From: Erysipelotrichales bacterium
GTDB lineage: Bacteria > Bacillota_I > Bacilli_A > RFN20 > CAG-826
Length of the DNA stretch: 64,000 nt
Direction: 5' to 3'
NCBI GenBank assembly: GCA_022508535.1
Contig: JAFLUZ010000004.1
Coordinates: 18,130-82,129, forward strand
Shown: positions 49,451-59,215 of the stretch, in pieces
How positions within the stretch are numbered: the first letter of the stretch is position 1
Layout of the letters: the number at the start of each line of letters is the position of its first letter
The notes under the pieces: model-generated
The model's database searches: none
Told to the model about the DNA's origin: nothing
The model's input: only the letters and a program-made list of their open reading frames with translations
Position numbers and translations under genes: made by a program

Positions 49451-50303
49451 TATCTCTATCGGTCGCTATATCCCATATAATTCAAAAATTCATCGTTTGG
49501 ATCCACGATTAAAACTTTTTGCCATGGTTTTATTTATGGTGATGATTTTTTTACGTTTTGGTGGTACTGATACGAATTACATGGATTTTATAATTTACGG
49601 GATTATTGCTATAGTAATTCTTATCATAATGGCAATTTCTCATGTAAAACTATCGATGCTTTTTAAACAGTTAAAATCATTATGGTTTCTTGTGTTAATA
49701 TTATTTATTTTTAATTTAATTATGCCAAATGATGGACCATATTTTCTAATATTTAATACAATTAAAATTTATCATAAAGCGATATATGATACGGCATATA
49801 TTTTTATTAGATTATTATTAATGATATCTTTAACAATGATTTTAACATCAACTACAACGCCTTTAGATTTGACATATGCAATTGAATGGTATCTACTTCC
49901 TTTTAAGATTATTAAAGTTCCAACACACGAAATTGCAATGACAATATCAATTGCCTTGCGTTTTATTCCTACTTTACTTGATGAAACAGATCGTATTATG
50001 AAGGCTCAAGCAAGTAGAGGTGTAGACTTTCAAAATGGTAAATTTAAAGAAAAAGTTAGAGCGATAATTTCACTTATTGTTCCGCTTTTAGTTTCGGCTT
50101 TTCAAAGAAGTGAAGAACTTGCAAATGCAATGGAGGCACGTGGATATAATCCTGGTGCTAAAAGAACGCGTTATCGAGTATTAAAATGGAAATTACTAGA
50201 TACATTTGCGCTTATTTTGTCTTTGGCATTTTTTGGCTTAATTTTATATATTTGCATTGCAAAGATTGATTTAGTTGTATTAATTACAAGTATTGTGGGG
50301 TGA
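49443..50303 (+). CDS. ecfT: energy-coupling factor transporter transmembrane (T) component
   Basis: CbiQ-like membrane protein. The conserved ...ARG...G motif region (KAQASRGVDFQNGKFKEK) follows the ecfA genes. Confidence 0.85.
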   Translation: MNNISIGRYIPYNSKIHRLDPRLKLFAMVLFMVMIFLRFGGTDTNYMDFIIYGIIAIVILIIMAISHVKLSMLFKQLKSLWFLVLILFIFNLIMPNDGPYFLIFNTIKIYHKAIYDTAYIFIRLLLMISLTMILTSTTTPLDLTYAIEWYLLPFKIIKVPTHEIAMTISIALRFIPTLLDETDRIMKAQASRGVDFQNGKFKEKVRAIISLIVPLLVSAFQRSEELANAMEARGYNPGAKRTRYRVLKWKLLDTFALILSLAFFGLILYICIAKIDLVVLITSIVG

Positions 50304-51049
50304 AGATTATGCGTGTTAGATTAGATATTAGTTATGACGGACATAATTTCATGGGTTTTCAAAGACAACCTGATCTTCGCACAGTGCAAGGTGAAATTGA
50401 AAAGGTTTTAACACAAATCTTTGATATAGAAACGGTGGTTACAGCTGCGGGAAGAACTGATGCTGGTGTGCATGCATTAAACCAAGTTGTAACATTTACG
50501 CCTAGTAAGGAAATAGAATTAAATAGACTTCGTTATTCTTTAAATTGTTTACTACCTAATGATATTCATGTGAATGTTATACAAGAAGTTAATGATGATT
50601 TTCATCCTCGTCAAAGTGCAGAAAGTAAGATTTATCGTTATTTGATTAACATGGGTGAAGCCAATCCTTTTTATGAAAATTATCGTTATGAATTAAAAAG
50701 AAAATTAGATGTAGAAAAGATGATTGAAGCTTCTAAATTATTTATTGGAACGCATGATTTTAAAAACTTTACAACTAAGAAAGAAGATTTAAAAAATTTT
50801 ATTCGCACTATTTATGATTTAAAAATTTCTCAAAAAGAAAATGAATTATGTGTTGAAATAACTGGTGACGGATTTATGCGTTACATGGTAAGAATGATTG
50901 TAGGAACTTTGATTATGGTTGGTTTAAATAAAGAAAATAAAGAATTTATTACTGAACGTTTAAATAGTGTTGAACATAATGTTGTAATATATAAAGCTCC
51001 AAGTAATGGCTTATATTTAGTAAAAGTAAATTATAAGGAGGACAAATAA
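50300..51049 (+). CDS. truA: tRNA pseudouridine(38-40) synthase
   Basis: MRVRLDISYDGHNFMGFQRQ...AAGRTDAGVHALNQV is the TruA catalytic region with the conserved Asp. It overlaps the ecfT stop. Confidence 0.9.
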   Translation: MKIMRVRLDISYDGHNFMGFQRQPDLRTVQGEIEKVLTQIFDIETVVTAAGRTDAGVHALNQVVTFTPSKEIELNRLRYSLNCLLPNDIHVNVIQEVNDDFHPRQSAESKIYRYLINMGEANPFYENYRYELKRKLDVEKMIEASKLFIGTHDFKNFTTKKEDLKNFIRTIYDLKISQKENELCVEITGDGFMRYMVRMIVGTLIMVGLNKENKEFITERLNSVEHNVVIYKAPSNGLYLVKVNYKEDK

Positions 51050-51850
51050 ATGATACCGTATAATTTTCATACCCATACTAAAAGATGTGGTCATGCATTT
51101 GGTGAAGATGAAGAATATGTCCTAGAGGCAATTGCTGCTGGAGTTCGTCGTTTAGGTTTTTCTGATCATGTTATGATTCCTGGCTTTTCTCAACCAAGAA
51201 TTCGAGGAGATTATAAAGAAGCAGAAGGATATTTTAATTCTCTTAATGATTTAAAGAAAAAATACCAAGATAAAATTAAAATGTATATTGGATTTGAAGC
51301 AGAATATAGTGATTTTTTTGAATCATATTATCGTTCCCTTTTTGAGGAAAATAAGATTGATTATTTAATCTTAGGACAGCATTTTAACTTTGTTAACGGA
51401 AAAATAGATGACTATTTTAGTCATGTTCATGATAAAACATCAATGTTTAAATATCGTGATCAAGTTGTTAAAGCTATGTCTACAGGTTTGTTTTCTATCG
51501 TTGCACATCCTGATTTATACTTATCAAGTATTCCAAGATTTGATGCTGGTGCAAAAGCAGTAGCGATAGATATATGTAAAGCATCTTTACAATATGATGT
51601 TGCACTTGAAATTAATTTGGCTGGAATAAGAAAAGGAATAGTTGCGGTAGGAAACGAGAAACGTTATCTTTATCCTTATCGTCCGTTTTGGGAAGTAGTA
51701 GCAAAATATAAATGTCGTGTTGTTGTTGGAGTGGATGCTCATGATCCACGTGATTTTAAATCAAACGAATATAGTATGGCTTTACAAATGATTCGTGAAT
51801 TAGGTTTAAATCATGATCAACAGTTAGTTCTTAAAGAGTATAAAAAATAG
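51050..51850 (+). CDS. PHP-domain phosphoesterase (HisJ-family histidinol-phosphatase-like)
   Basis: NFHTHTKRCGHA, then SDHV, then later His/Asp ligands (...GVDAHD...), typical of PHP/HisK. Confidence 0.75.
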   Translation: MIPYNFHTHTKRCGHAFGEDEEYVLEAIAAGVRRLGFSDHVMIPGFSQPRIRGDYKEAEGYFNSLNDLKKKYQDKIKMYIGFEAEYSDFFESYYRSLFEENKIDYLILGQHFNFVNGKIDDYFSHVHDKTSMFKYRDQVVKAMSTGLFSIVAHPDLYLSSIPRFDAGAKAVAIDICKASLQYDVALEINLAGIRKGIVAVGNEKRYLYPYRPFWEVVAKYKCRVVVGVDAHDPRDFKSNEYSMALQMIRELGLNHDQQLVLKEYKK

Positions 51851-51948
51851 TGTTACGTGACAAAAAGTGTTAAAAATACGATTTTTAAGTGACAAAAAAT
51901 GTGATTTTTATATATTTTTATAAAAAATATGTAATATCACATAAAAAG

Positions 51949-51957
51949 TGTTATAAT
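51949..51957 (+). promoter_or_regulatory. extended -10 promoter (TGnTATAAT) for yebC, overlapping a triple repeat of the GTGACAAAAAGTGT motif
   Basis: TGTTATAAT lies at 51949-51957, about 30 nt before the yebC RBS. The repeat copies are at 51857-51870, 51889-51902 and, with a C at the first position, 51938-51951. Confidence 0.45.
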
Positions 51958-51988
51958 TTTAAAGGTTTATAATAAGGAGAAATGAATT

Positions 51989-52714
51989 ATGGGAAGAGCA
52001 CATGAAGTACGTGCTGCGTCAATGGCAGCGACTGCAGCAAAAAAATCCGCACTATGTATGCGTGCATCTAAAGAAATTTATATGGCTGCAAAATCTGGAG
52101 TTCCTGATCCTGTATCAAATCTTGCACTTAAGGCTGCAATTGAAAAATATAAAGGTCAAAACTTACCAAAAGATGTTATTACTAGAGCTATTGAAAAGGC
52201 AAAAGGTGGTTCACAAGAATCATATATTCAAGGACGTTTTGAAGGTTTCGGTGCTGGTAATGTTGCAATTATTATTGATACCTTATCAGATAACGCTAAT
52301 AGAGCTTATGTTGAAGTAAAAACAGCAGTAGCTAAAAAAGGTGGACACTTAGGCACACCTGGTAGCGTTTCATATAATTTTACTGAAGCAGGTTTATTAA
52401 TTTTTAAATCTGACAAGAGTGTTGAAGAAATTGAAGAATTATTAATTATGTCTGATGTAGATGTTACAGAAGTTACTAAAGATGAAGAATACATTGAAGT
52501 ACATGTCGCACCTACAGCATTTGGTAATGCTAAAAATGTTTTAACAGAAGATGGTGTTACTGAATTTGATAAGGCTGAAATTTCAATGTTACCAAACGAT
52601 TATGTTAAATTAACTGGTGAAGATTTGCAAAAATTCAAAGAAATGTTAGATTTACTTGATGATTGCCAAGATGTTCAAGAAGTATATCATAATTGTGATT
52701 TATCAGAAGAATAA
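51989..52714 (+). CDS. yebC: YebC/PmpR family DNA-binding transcriptional regulator
   Basis: The N-terminus MGRAHEVRAASMAATAAKKS... is highly conserved. The protein is 241 aa. Confidence 0.9.
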   Translation: MGRAHEVRAASMAATAAKKSALCMRASKEIYMAAKSGVPDPVSNLALKAAIEKYKGQNLPKDVITRAIEKAKGGSQESYIQGRFEGFGAGNVAIIIDTLSDNANRAYVEVKTAVAKKGGHLGTPGSVSYNFTEAGLLIFKSDKSVEEIEELLIMSDVDVTEVTKDEEYIEVHVAPTAFGNAKNVLTEDGVTEFDKAEISMLPNDYVKLTGEDLQKFKEMLDLLDDCQDVQEVYHNCDLSEE

Positions 52715-52742
52715 TATTTAAATTTACTTTACTAACTTAAAA

Positions 52743-52770
52743 ATGATGCATATTTCTGCATCATTTTTTA
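52743..52770 (+). terminator. rho-independent terminator of yebC
   Basis: ATGATGCA-tatttc-TGCATCAT followed by TTTTTTAT. Confidence 0.65.
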
Positions 52771-52796
52771 TATAATCGACATAAGATAGCATTTAA

Positions 52797-52827
52797 AAAA
52801 GAAGCAAACACAGGATTTGCTTCTTTT
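52797..52827 (-). terminator. rho-independent terminator of the 744-aa peptidase gene
   Basis: AAGAAGCAAA-cacagga-TTTGCTTCTT with a T-tract on the minus strand. Confidence 0.6.
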
Positions 52828-52841
52828 TGTATTGTTAAATT

Positions 52842-55076
52842 TTAATATCTATACCATGAACCATATGTTGAATTAAGTTCGCGCCAATTATCAAAATATG
52901 TTTCAGATTTAGTGTATGATGATCTACTTCCATATCCACCAATTGCACAGAAGAAGTTTAATCCACCAGCATCATCAGAGTCTTTACCATAAACATTATA
53001 AATAACAAGTTCTTCAAATGCTTTTTCTACTTCATCAATTCCTGTTGAAGAATAAGTAGCATCTTCTTTCATTGCTTCTATAAAATCTTTTACATCAAAT
53101 ACATCGAAAGGATAACCATAACTTGAGTCGTAACCGAATTTTTGGCATCCGTTAACAAGAGTTTTGAATGATGTCCATTTGCTAGGACTTGTAATAATAC
53201 TAGAAAGATTCGCGGACATATTTTCCCATGCCTCACGGAAACTAGGCATTTTACTTAAATCTAATACAGACATTGTTGCATCATTGAAATCACGATATCC
53301 CCAAGATTTATAAAACACATCACATTTTTCTACGAATGTATCTGCAATTTCTTTTAATAAATCAGGAGTTTCTATTTTTGTGTTTTCATATAAATCATCA
53401 AGCCAATTGTCATAATCCCAACCTTCACCAGGTTCACTTTCTTGAGATGCGACCATATATTCAAAATAATCACTATTTAAATCAGCGACATCGGCTGTTG
53501 CCATTAAACAACAGTCATAACCAATCCATGATAATTTTTCGCTTACACCAGCGTTTAAGAATGCTTTTTCTAACGCACTATGCGCTTCACCACTTGTTAA
53601 TGCATCGTAATCATAGATCTCATCATAACAACTTCCTTGTACTGCTCCACCATGTCCCCATAAAACAACACCAGTTTGGTTTGCTGGGTATTTTGTTAAT
53701 CCCCATTCCATAAAGCTTTGGAAAGTGGAAGATGCGCCCATTGAAGCATTTGGAAGTTCTTCATCCATAACAAGACTTTGATTTTCTACATGCCATCTTT
53801 GAAGATTGTTGGAACTAATTCCGTGTGTTGAACTCCATTTTTTAGCACCACCAGTTTGAATGATGATATTAAGATTATCAGGCATATTATCTAATGAAAG
53901 TATTTCTGTAATATTTTCTGAAGCTAACCCTGCGTCAGTTTCTAAGTCAGTTCCACTAAGATAAATCATAACTGTGTAATCATCTAGGAGTTGATCTTTA
54001 ACTTCAACTTCACAGGATGCAACTTTATTTCCTTCTTCAGAAGATACAGTGATTACGGTTGTGCCAGCACCAAGTGCCTCAACGATTCCATCAGTAACTG
54101 TTGCAACTGCTGGATTACTTGAATTCCAAATTAGATTTTTATTTGTTGCGTTTTCAGGAAGAATAGTTGCGACCAATTTATAAGTTTGATTTATGAATAA
54201 TTCAAGTGAAGTTTTATTTAGAGTTAAACTTGTGATTGGAACATTTTTAACAGTAATAGTAACTTTACCTTGAATATCTACATTATTATCTCCTTTTACT
54301 GTTGCGGTAATTTCAGTAGTTCCACTTTTTAAAGCAGACACTCTACCATTGTCTGAAACTGTTGCAACAGAAGAATCACTTGATTCCCACACAACACCTT
54401 TTCTATTAGTGTTAGCTGGTGTGAAGTTAACTGATAGTTGTGTTTCATATCCGACCATTAAATTTGTTTCACCAACAATATTTATAGATTTAGCGTATAT
54501 TGGGTCACCGATTTTGCCACGATAAATTTGCGGATAAGCTTGTACAGAAGTAAAAGTTCTAAAGTTGGATTTTACTGAATTGTAGTAAAGTGTTCCAAAA
54601 GTGCTATTGGTGTTTCGAATAGTTGCATTACCATCACTTGAGATACTAATATCCCAAGTAGTAGTGCCAGAGTCCCAAGCTAGTTCACGAGAAGATGAAG
54701 CACCTAACAATTCACCATTTTTATTTATTAATGTCCAATTTCCATTTTCTTCACCTAAAGTAAATTGAATAGTTCCGCTAGATAAAGATGTAATTGTCTT
54801 TTTATCATTAGTAAATGTTGAAGTTTCTGCAACTAAATAACGGGTATTATTTTCAAATCCCATTTCACCAGCCGTAGAATTATTTTTAGAATTTGCGATA
54901 ACAATGACATCGCCAGCGTGTAATTCTGTTTCATCGGTTATTAAGTTCCAAGATAATTCTTCAGCTACATTTGATCCTGAGTTTTGGCTATTTGAAGTAT
55001 TACTAGAATCAGAACACGATGCACAAGTTAATAATGTAAGTGCAAAGAGTAAGAATATTTTTTTAGATTTGTTCAT
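52842..55076 (-). CDS. lipoprotein with two Big_2 domains and a C-terminal clostripain-like (C11, clan CD) cysteine peptidase domain
   Basis: Lipobox LLTCASCS. Big_2 segments (...GETNLMVGYETQLSVNFTPANTNRKGVVWESSDSSVATV...). The peptidase domain has His in VVLWGHGGAVQG and Cys in WIGYDCCLMATADVA, matching the C11 H/C dyad spacing. Confidence 0.6.
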   Translation of the reverse strand: MNKSKKIFLLFALTLLTCASCSDSSNTSNSQNSGSNVAEELSWNLITDETELHAGDVIVIANSKNNSTAGEMGFENNTRYLVAETSTFTNDKKTITSLSSGTIQFTLGEENGNWTLINKNGELLGASSSRELAWDSGTTTWDISISSDGNATIRNTNSTFGTLYYNSVKSNFRTFTSVQAYPQIYRGKIGDPIYAKSINIVGETNLMVGYETQLSVNFTPANTNRKGVVWESSDSSVATVSDNGRVSALKSGTTEITATVKGDNNVDIQGKVTITVKNVPITSLTLNKTSLELFINQTYKLVATILPENATNKNLIWNSSNPAVATVTDGIVEALGAGTTVITVSSEEGNKVASCEVEVKDQLLDDYTVMIYLSGTDLETDAGLASENITEILSLDNMPDNLNIIIQTGGAKKWSSTHGISSNNLQRWHVENQSLVMDEELPNASMGASSTFQSFMEWGLTKYPANQTGVVLWGHGGAVQGSCYDEIYDYDALTSGEAHSALEKAFLNAGVSEKLSWIGYDCCLMATADVADLNSDYFEYMVASQESEPGEGWDYDNWLDDLYENTKIETPDLLKEIADTFVEKCDVFYKSWGYRDFNDATMSVLDLSKMPSFREAWENMSANLSSIITSPSKWTSFKTLVNGCQKFGYDSSYGYPFDVFDVKDFIEAMKEDATYSSTGIDEVEKAFEELVIYNVYGKDSDDAGGLNFFCAIGGYGSRSSYTKSETYFDNWRELNSTYGSWYRY

Positions 55077-55404
55077 AAATTTTCCTCCTTAAACTTAGCC
55101 GTAAATATTATTTTACATAATATTAACATCAAAAGTAAATGTTTTTTAGAAATTAATACGAATTAATTTTTACGTAAAAACAGTATATAATATTTAATTT
55201 TGAAATTATTTGTGTCAAACCTTTGTGAAAAAACAACTAATTTTTCATTATTCTTTTTTTTGAATATCATGCAAAAAGCGCTGTAATTAACGTATAGAAA
55301 ATGAAATTATTCTACATTGACGATAGTTATTAAAAAAAAACCAGCATTATGTATGCGTGGTCTAAAGAAACTGTATAGTTATAAAATCCAGTTTTTGCTA
55401 ATTA

Positions 55405-58002
55405 TTAATACCATGTTCCATATTTGATATTGAGATTACGCCAATTCGTGAAATATGTATCAGAAGTTGTATATGTTGACTTTTGGCTATATCCATAAAC
55501 TGCACAGAAGAAGCATAGCCCAGATGCATCAGCAGAGTCTTTGCCATAGGTATTGTATATCACTAATGCATTAAACGCATTTTCTACATCATTAATGCCA
55601 ATTTGAGAATAAGTTGAATTTGCTTTTATTAAATCAATGAAGTCTTTCATATCAAATACATCAAAAGAATAACCATATTCATCATCGTAGCCAAATTGTT
55701 GACATTTTTTAACAAGTGTTTTAAAAGTTGACCAAGAACTGCTGCTTGTAATAATGCTAGAAAGTTTAAGGGCCATATTTTCCCAAGCTTCACGGAAACT
55801 AGGCATTTTACTTAAATCTAAAACAGACATTGTTGCGTCGTTAAATCCACGATATTGACCGCCATAGCTATTATAGCTAGCAGCGCATTTTGTAACGAAA
55901 GTATCAGAAATTTCTATTAGTAATTCAGGTGCTTCGATTTTTGTGTTGCTATAAATATTATCAATCCAATTATCATAATCCCAACCCTCACCAGGTTCAC
56001 TTTCTTGGGATGCAACCATATATTCGAAATAATCACTATTTAAGTCAGCAACATCTGCTACTGCCATTAAGCAAGCATCATAGCCAATCCAAGACAATTT
56101 TTCTGTTCTACCAACATTTTTAAAAGCATTTTTTAGCGCAGTATGTACTTCACTATTTGTCAAAGGATCATCATTGAAGTTTTCATCATAGCAACATCCA
56201 TCCATTGCGCCACCATGATTCCACAATACTACACCAGTTTGGCTTGCTGGATATTCAGTTAATCCCCACTCCATAAAACTTTGGAAAGTAGAAGATAATC
56301 CCATTGAAGCTTTTGTGAGTTGGTCGTCTTTTACTAATTGGTTATTCTCAACATGCCATCTTTGTAAGTAATTAGCACTAATACCATATTTAGTTTTCCA
56401 TTTTTTAGCGCCACCAGTTTCGATAATAATATTGACATTATCTGGTTTATTTTTGACGGAAAGAATCTCGGTAATATTATCAGTGGCTAATCCGCCATCA
56501 GAAGCACTTTCTAAGTCGGAACCGCACATATAAATCATAATCGTATAATCATCAAGGACAATATCTTTTACTTCAACATTACATGTGGCTTTGAAATTAC
56601 CATCTTCTGTTGTTGCAGTAATTATTGCTGAACCTGCACTAATACCAGTTACTGTACCATCTTTTACTGTGGCAATTGAGTTGTTGCTAGAAGTCCAAGT
56701 TACATTTTTATTAGTTGCGTTATTTGGAAGAATATTTGCAGTTAATTTAGAAGTTTTATTAATAGCTAATTCGATAGATGTGTTGTTTAAATTTATACCT
56801 GTAACAGGAACGGCTTTGATAGTAATAGTAATATTGTCTTGAATAAGATTATTATTATCTCCTTTAACAATGGCACTTATTGTCGCTGTTCCTTCTTTAA
56901 GAGCTGTTACAAGTCCTTTGTTAGAAATAGATGCGATTGAGGTATTACTTGATTGCCAAGTAACATCTTTCATGTTTGTGTTTGAAGGAGTGTAATTAAC
57001 GTATAATTGTGTTTCTTCTCCGATAGCTAAATCACTTTTTCCAACAATTTCAATTGATTCTGCATATACAGGATTAGCAATTTTGCCGCGATAAATTTGA
57101 GGATAAGTTTGAACTGAAGTGTATGTTGTAAAGCGAGGGCTTTGTTTGTTGTAATATAGTGTGCCGTAATTACTTTGTGTATTACTAATCGTTGCATTAC
57201 CATTACTAGCGATACTGATATTCCAAGTTGTACTACCAGAATCCCAAGCTAAGTTTTTAGCAGATGTGGCACCTAACAATTCGCCATTTTCATTAGATAA
57301 TGTCCAATAATTATTGTTTTTCCCAATAGTTAATAATGTGGCATTCTCATTTAAAGATGAAATGGATTTTTTATCATTTGAGAAAGTTGAACTAACTGCT
57401 TCTAAGTAATGAGTATTGCTACCTGTCTTTATTTGACCTGCTGTGTTACCGCCATCGGAGTTAGCAATAACAATTATATCTCCAACATGTAAATCGGATT
57501 CACTAGTTATTAAGTCCAAAGTGCTTGATTCATTAGATTCTACTGAGATTGTGCATTGAGTAGAAACTTTACTACCATCATTTGCAGTTACCTTAATAAT
57601 GGCGGTGCCCACAGATTTTGCAAGAACAACACCATTTTCATCAACACTAGCAATGCTAGAGGAAGATGAGGTCCAAGTGACACTTTTATCTGTTGCATCT
57701 TCAGGTAACACTATGCATTTAAGTGAAAATTGTTCACCAATTTTCATAATTCGATTTTCAGCATTTAATTCTAATGAATTAACATAAACAATACTTGAAG
57801 ATGGAATAGAACTTGAATCGGGGAGTACTGACGAATTGGAATGTGAAGGACTTGCTGATTCTTGGTTCGTACTACTGGTGTTTTCTGATAGTGGCGCTGA
57901 GTTAGCGCTATTTGAATTTGATCCAGAGTTAATTGTGCTACATGCCGTACAAGCTAGTAGAGCAAGTATTGGAAATATAAATAATTTTTTTGTACTTTTC
58001 AT
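55405..58002 (-). CDS. lipoprotein paralog (865 aa): an extra N-terminal Big_2 domain, a Ser-rich linker, two Big_2 domains, and a C11 clostripain-like peptidase domain
   Basis: Lipobox LLACTACS. Ser/Asn-rich low-complexity segment. VVLWNHGGAMDG and WIGYDACLMAVADVA are the catalytic motifs. It is about 65% identical to the 52842 gene across the shared region. Confidence 0.6.
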   Translation of the reverse strand: MKSTKKLFIFPILALLACTACSTINSGSNSNSANSAPLSENTSSTNQESASPSHSNSSVLPDSSSIPSSSIVYVNSLELNAENRIMKIGEQFSLKCIVLPEDATDKSVTWTSSSSSIASVDENGVVLAKSVGTAIIKVTANDGSKVSTQCTISVESNESSTLDLITSESDLHVGDIIVIANSDGGNTAGQIKTGSNTHYLEAVSSTFSNDKKSISSLNENATLLTIGKNNNYWTLSNENGELLGATSAKNLAWDSGSTTWNISIASNGNATISNTQSNYGTLYYNKQSPRFTTYTSVQTYPQIYRGKIANPVYAESIEIVGKSDLAIGEETQLYVNYTPSNTNMKDVTWQSSNTSIASISNKGLVTALKEGTATISAIVKGDNNNLIQDNITITIKAVPVTGINLNNTSIELAINKTSKLTANILPNNATNKNVTWTSSNNSIATVKDGTVTGISAGSAIITATTEDGNFKATCNVEVKDIVLDDYTIMIYMCGSDLESASDGGLATDNITEILSVKNKPDNVNIIIETGGAKKWKTKYGISANYLQRWHVENNQLVKDDQLTKASMGLSSTFQSFMEWGLTEYPASQTGVVLWNHGGAMDGCCYDENFNDDPLTNSEVHTALKNAFKNVGRTEKLSWIGYDACLMAVADVADLNSDYFEYMVASQESEPGEGWDYDNWIDNIYSNTKIEAPELLIEISDTFVTKCAASYNSYGGQYRGFNDATMSVLDLSKMPSFREAWENMALKLSSIITSSSSWSTFKTLVKKCQQFGYDDEYGYSFDVFDMKDFIDLIKANSTYSQIGINDVENAFNALVIYNTYGKDSADASGLCFFCAVYGYSQKSTYTTSDTYFTNWRNLNIKYGTWY

Positions 58003-58168
58003 AAAAGAATCCTCCTAGTCCTAGATGAAAGATTTTATTATACATATTAATTGTACTAAATGTAAATAAATTTTGAAAATTAAATACATTTAATTTTAAT
58101 AATTTGGAGTGTTTATTTTTATATATAGACTAAATGTTATAAAATAAGGCAATTGACTTAAAATCTTC

Positions 58169-58197
58169 TTGACACAATCAAATAATATATATATTAT
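58169..58197 (+). promoter_or_regulatory. sigma-A promoter of rplM-rpsI
   Basis: TTGACA (58169-58174), a 17-nt spacer, then TATTAT (58192-58197), about 65 nt before the rplM ATG. Confidence 0.55.
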
Positions 58198-58262
58198 TTT
58201 AAGTGGCACATAGCCTGATTGTAGTCCCGGTAAGACAAACAATTTGGTAAGGAGGATTAATT

Positions 58263-58703
58263 ATGCAACGTCAAACAACAATTGCAAAACCAAATGAAAT
58301 TAATCGTAAATGGTTAGTCATCGATGCGACAGACAAACCATTAGGCCGTTTAGCTTCCCAAGTCGCAATGGTATTAATGGGTAAAACAAAACCTACATAT
58401 ACTCCAAATGTCGACTGTGGAGACTATGTCATCGTCGTTAATGCTGATAAAGTTATGTTAACAGGCGATAAAATCCACAATAAAAAGTACTACAATGTTA
58501 GTCAATATGCTGGTGGATTAAGAACACGTACTGCTGGTACAATGTTAAAAGAATATCCTGTAGAAATGGTTGAAAGAGCAGTCTGGGGAATGCTTCCTAA
58601 AGGACGTCTTGGAAGACAAATCTACAAGAAATTATTCGTTTACGAAGGATCAGAACACAAACACGAAGCACAAAAACCAGAAGTGCTTGAATTCAAACGC
58701 TAG
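58263..58703 (+). CDS. rplM: 50S ribosomal protein L13
   Basis: MQRQTTIAKPNEINRKWLVIDATDKPLGRLASQVAMVLMGK... is canonical L13. Confidence 0.95.
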   Translation: MQRQTTIAKPNEINRKWLVIDATDKPLGRLASQVAMVLMGKTKPTYTPNVDCGDYVIVVNADKVMLTGDKIHNKKYYNVSQYAGGLRTRTAGTMLKEYPVEMVERAVWGMLPKGRLGRQIYKKLFVYEGSEHKHEAQKPEVLEFKR

Positions 58704-58716
58704 GAGGAATTAGATT

Positions 58717-59118
58717 ATGGCAAAAAAGAAAAATGAAGTCCGTTATTACGGTACTGGTCGTAGAAAAAGCTCTGTTGCTCGTGTCTATTTAGTTCCTGGT
58801 AAAGGTTCAATCACAGTTAATGGTCGCGATGTTAATGAGTACATGCCTTATGCAACTTTAGTTATGGACTTAAAACAACCATTAGAAATGACTGCTAGCG
58901 CTGACAAATTTGATGTCATCTGCTCAGTTAATGGTGGTGGATTTACAGGACAAGCCGGAGCAATTCGTTTGGGTATCGCAAGAGCGTTACTTGAAACAGG
59001 AGATGTTCGCGGAGTATTAAAAGCTGCTGGAATGTTAACTCGTAATGCACGTGCTAAAGAACGTAAGAAATATGGTCTTAAGGCCGCACGTCGTGCACCA
59101 CAATTCTCAAAGAGATAA
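58717..59118 (+). CDS. rpsI: 30S ribosomal protein S9
   Basis: ...[16 protein letters not shown]...[19 protein letters not shown]...RRAPQFSKR is canonical S9. Confidence 0.95.
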   Translation: MAKKKNEVRYYGTGRRKSSVARVYLVPGKGSITVNGRDVNEYMPYATLVMDLKQPLEMTASADKFDVICSVNGGGFTGQAGAIRLGIARALLETGDVRGVLKAAGMLTRNARAKERKKYGLKAARRAPQFSKR

Positions 59119-59133
59119 TTTGTGGCAACAAGT

Positions 59134-59165
59134 CCAATCCATTGTGGGTTGGGCTTTTTATTTTT
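59134..59165 (+). terminator. rho-independent terminator after rpsI
   Basis: CCAATCC-attgt-GGGTTGG followed by GCTTTTTATTTTTC. Confidence 0.5.
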
Positions 59166-59215
59166 CTTATAAGAATAAAAATAGAAATTAATACATAAAT
59201 CTAAATGGTGATAAA

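Noticed and set aside
52002-52319. 105-aa alternative-frame ORF inside yebC
   Set aside because: yebC is unambiguous from its conserved N-terminus. The overlapping frame is an AT-rich artefact.
58200-58262. Possible structured ribosomal-protein leader upstream of rplM
   Set aside because: The leader is only about 65 nt with no convincing stem-loops, so I could not support an autoregulatory element.
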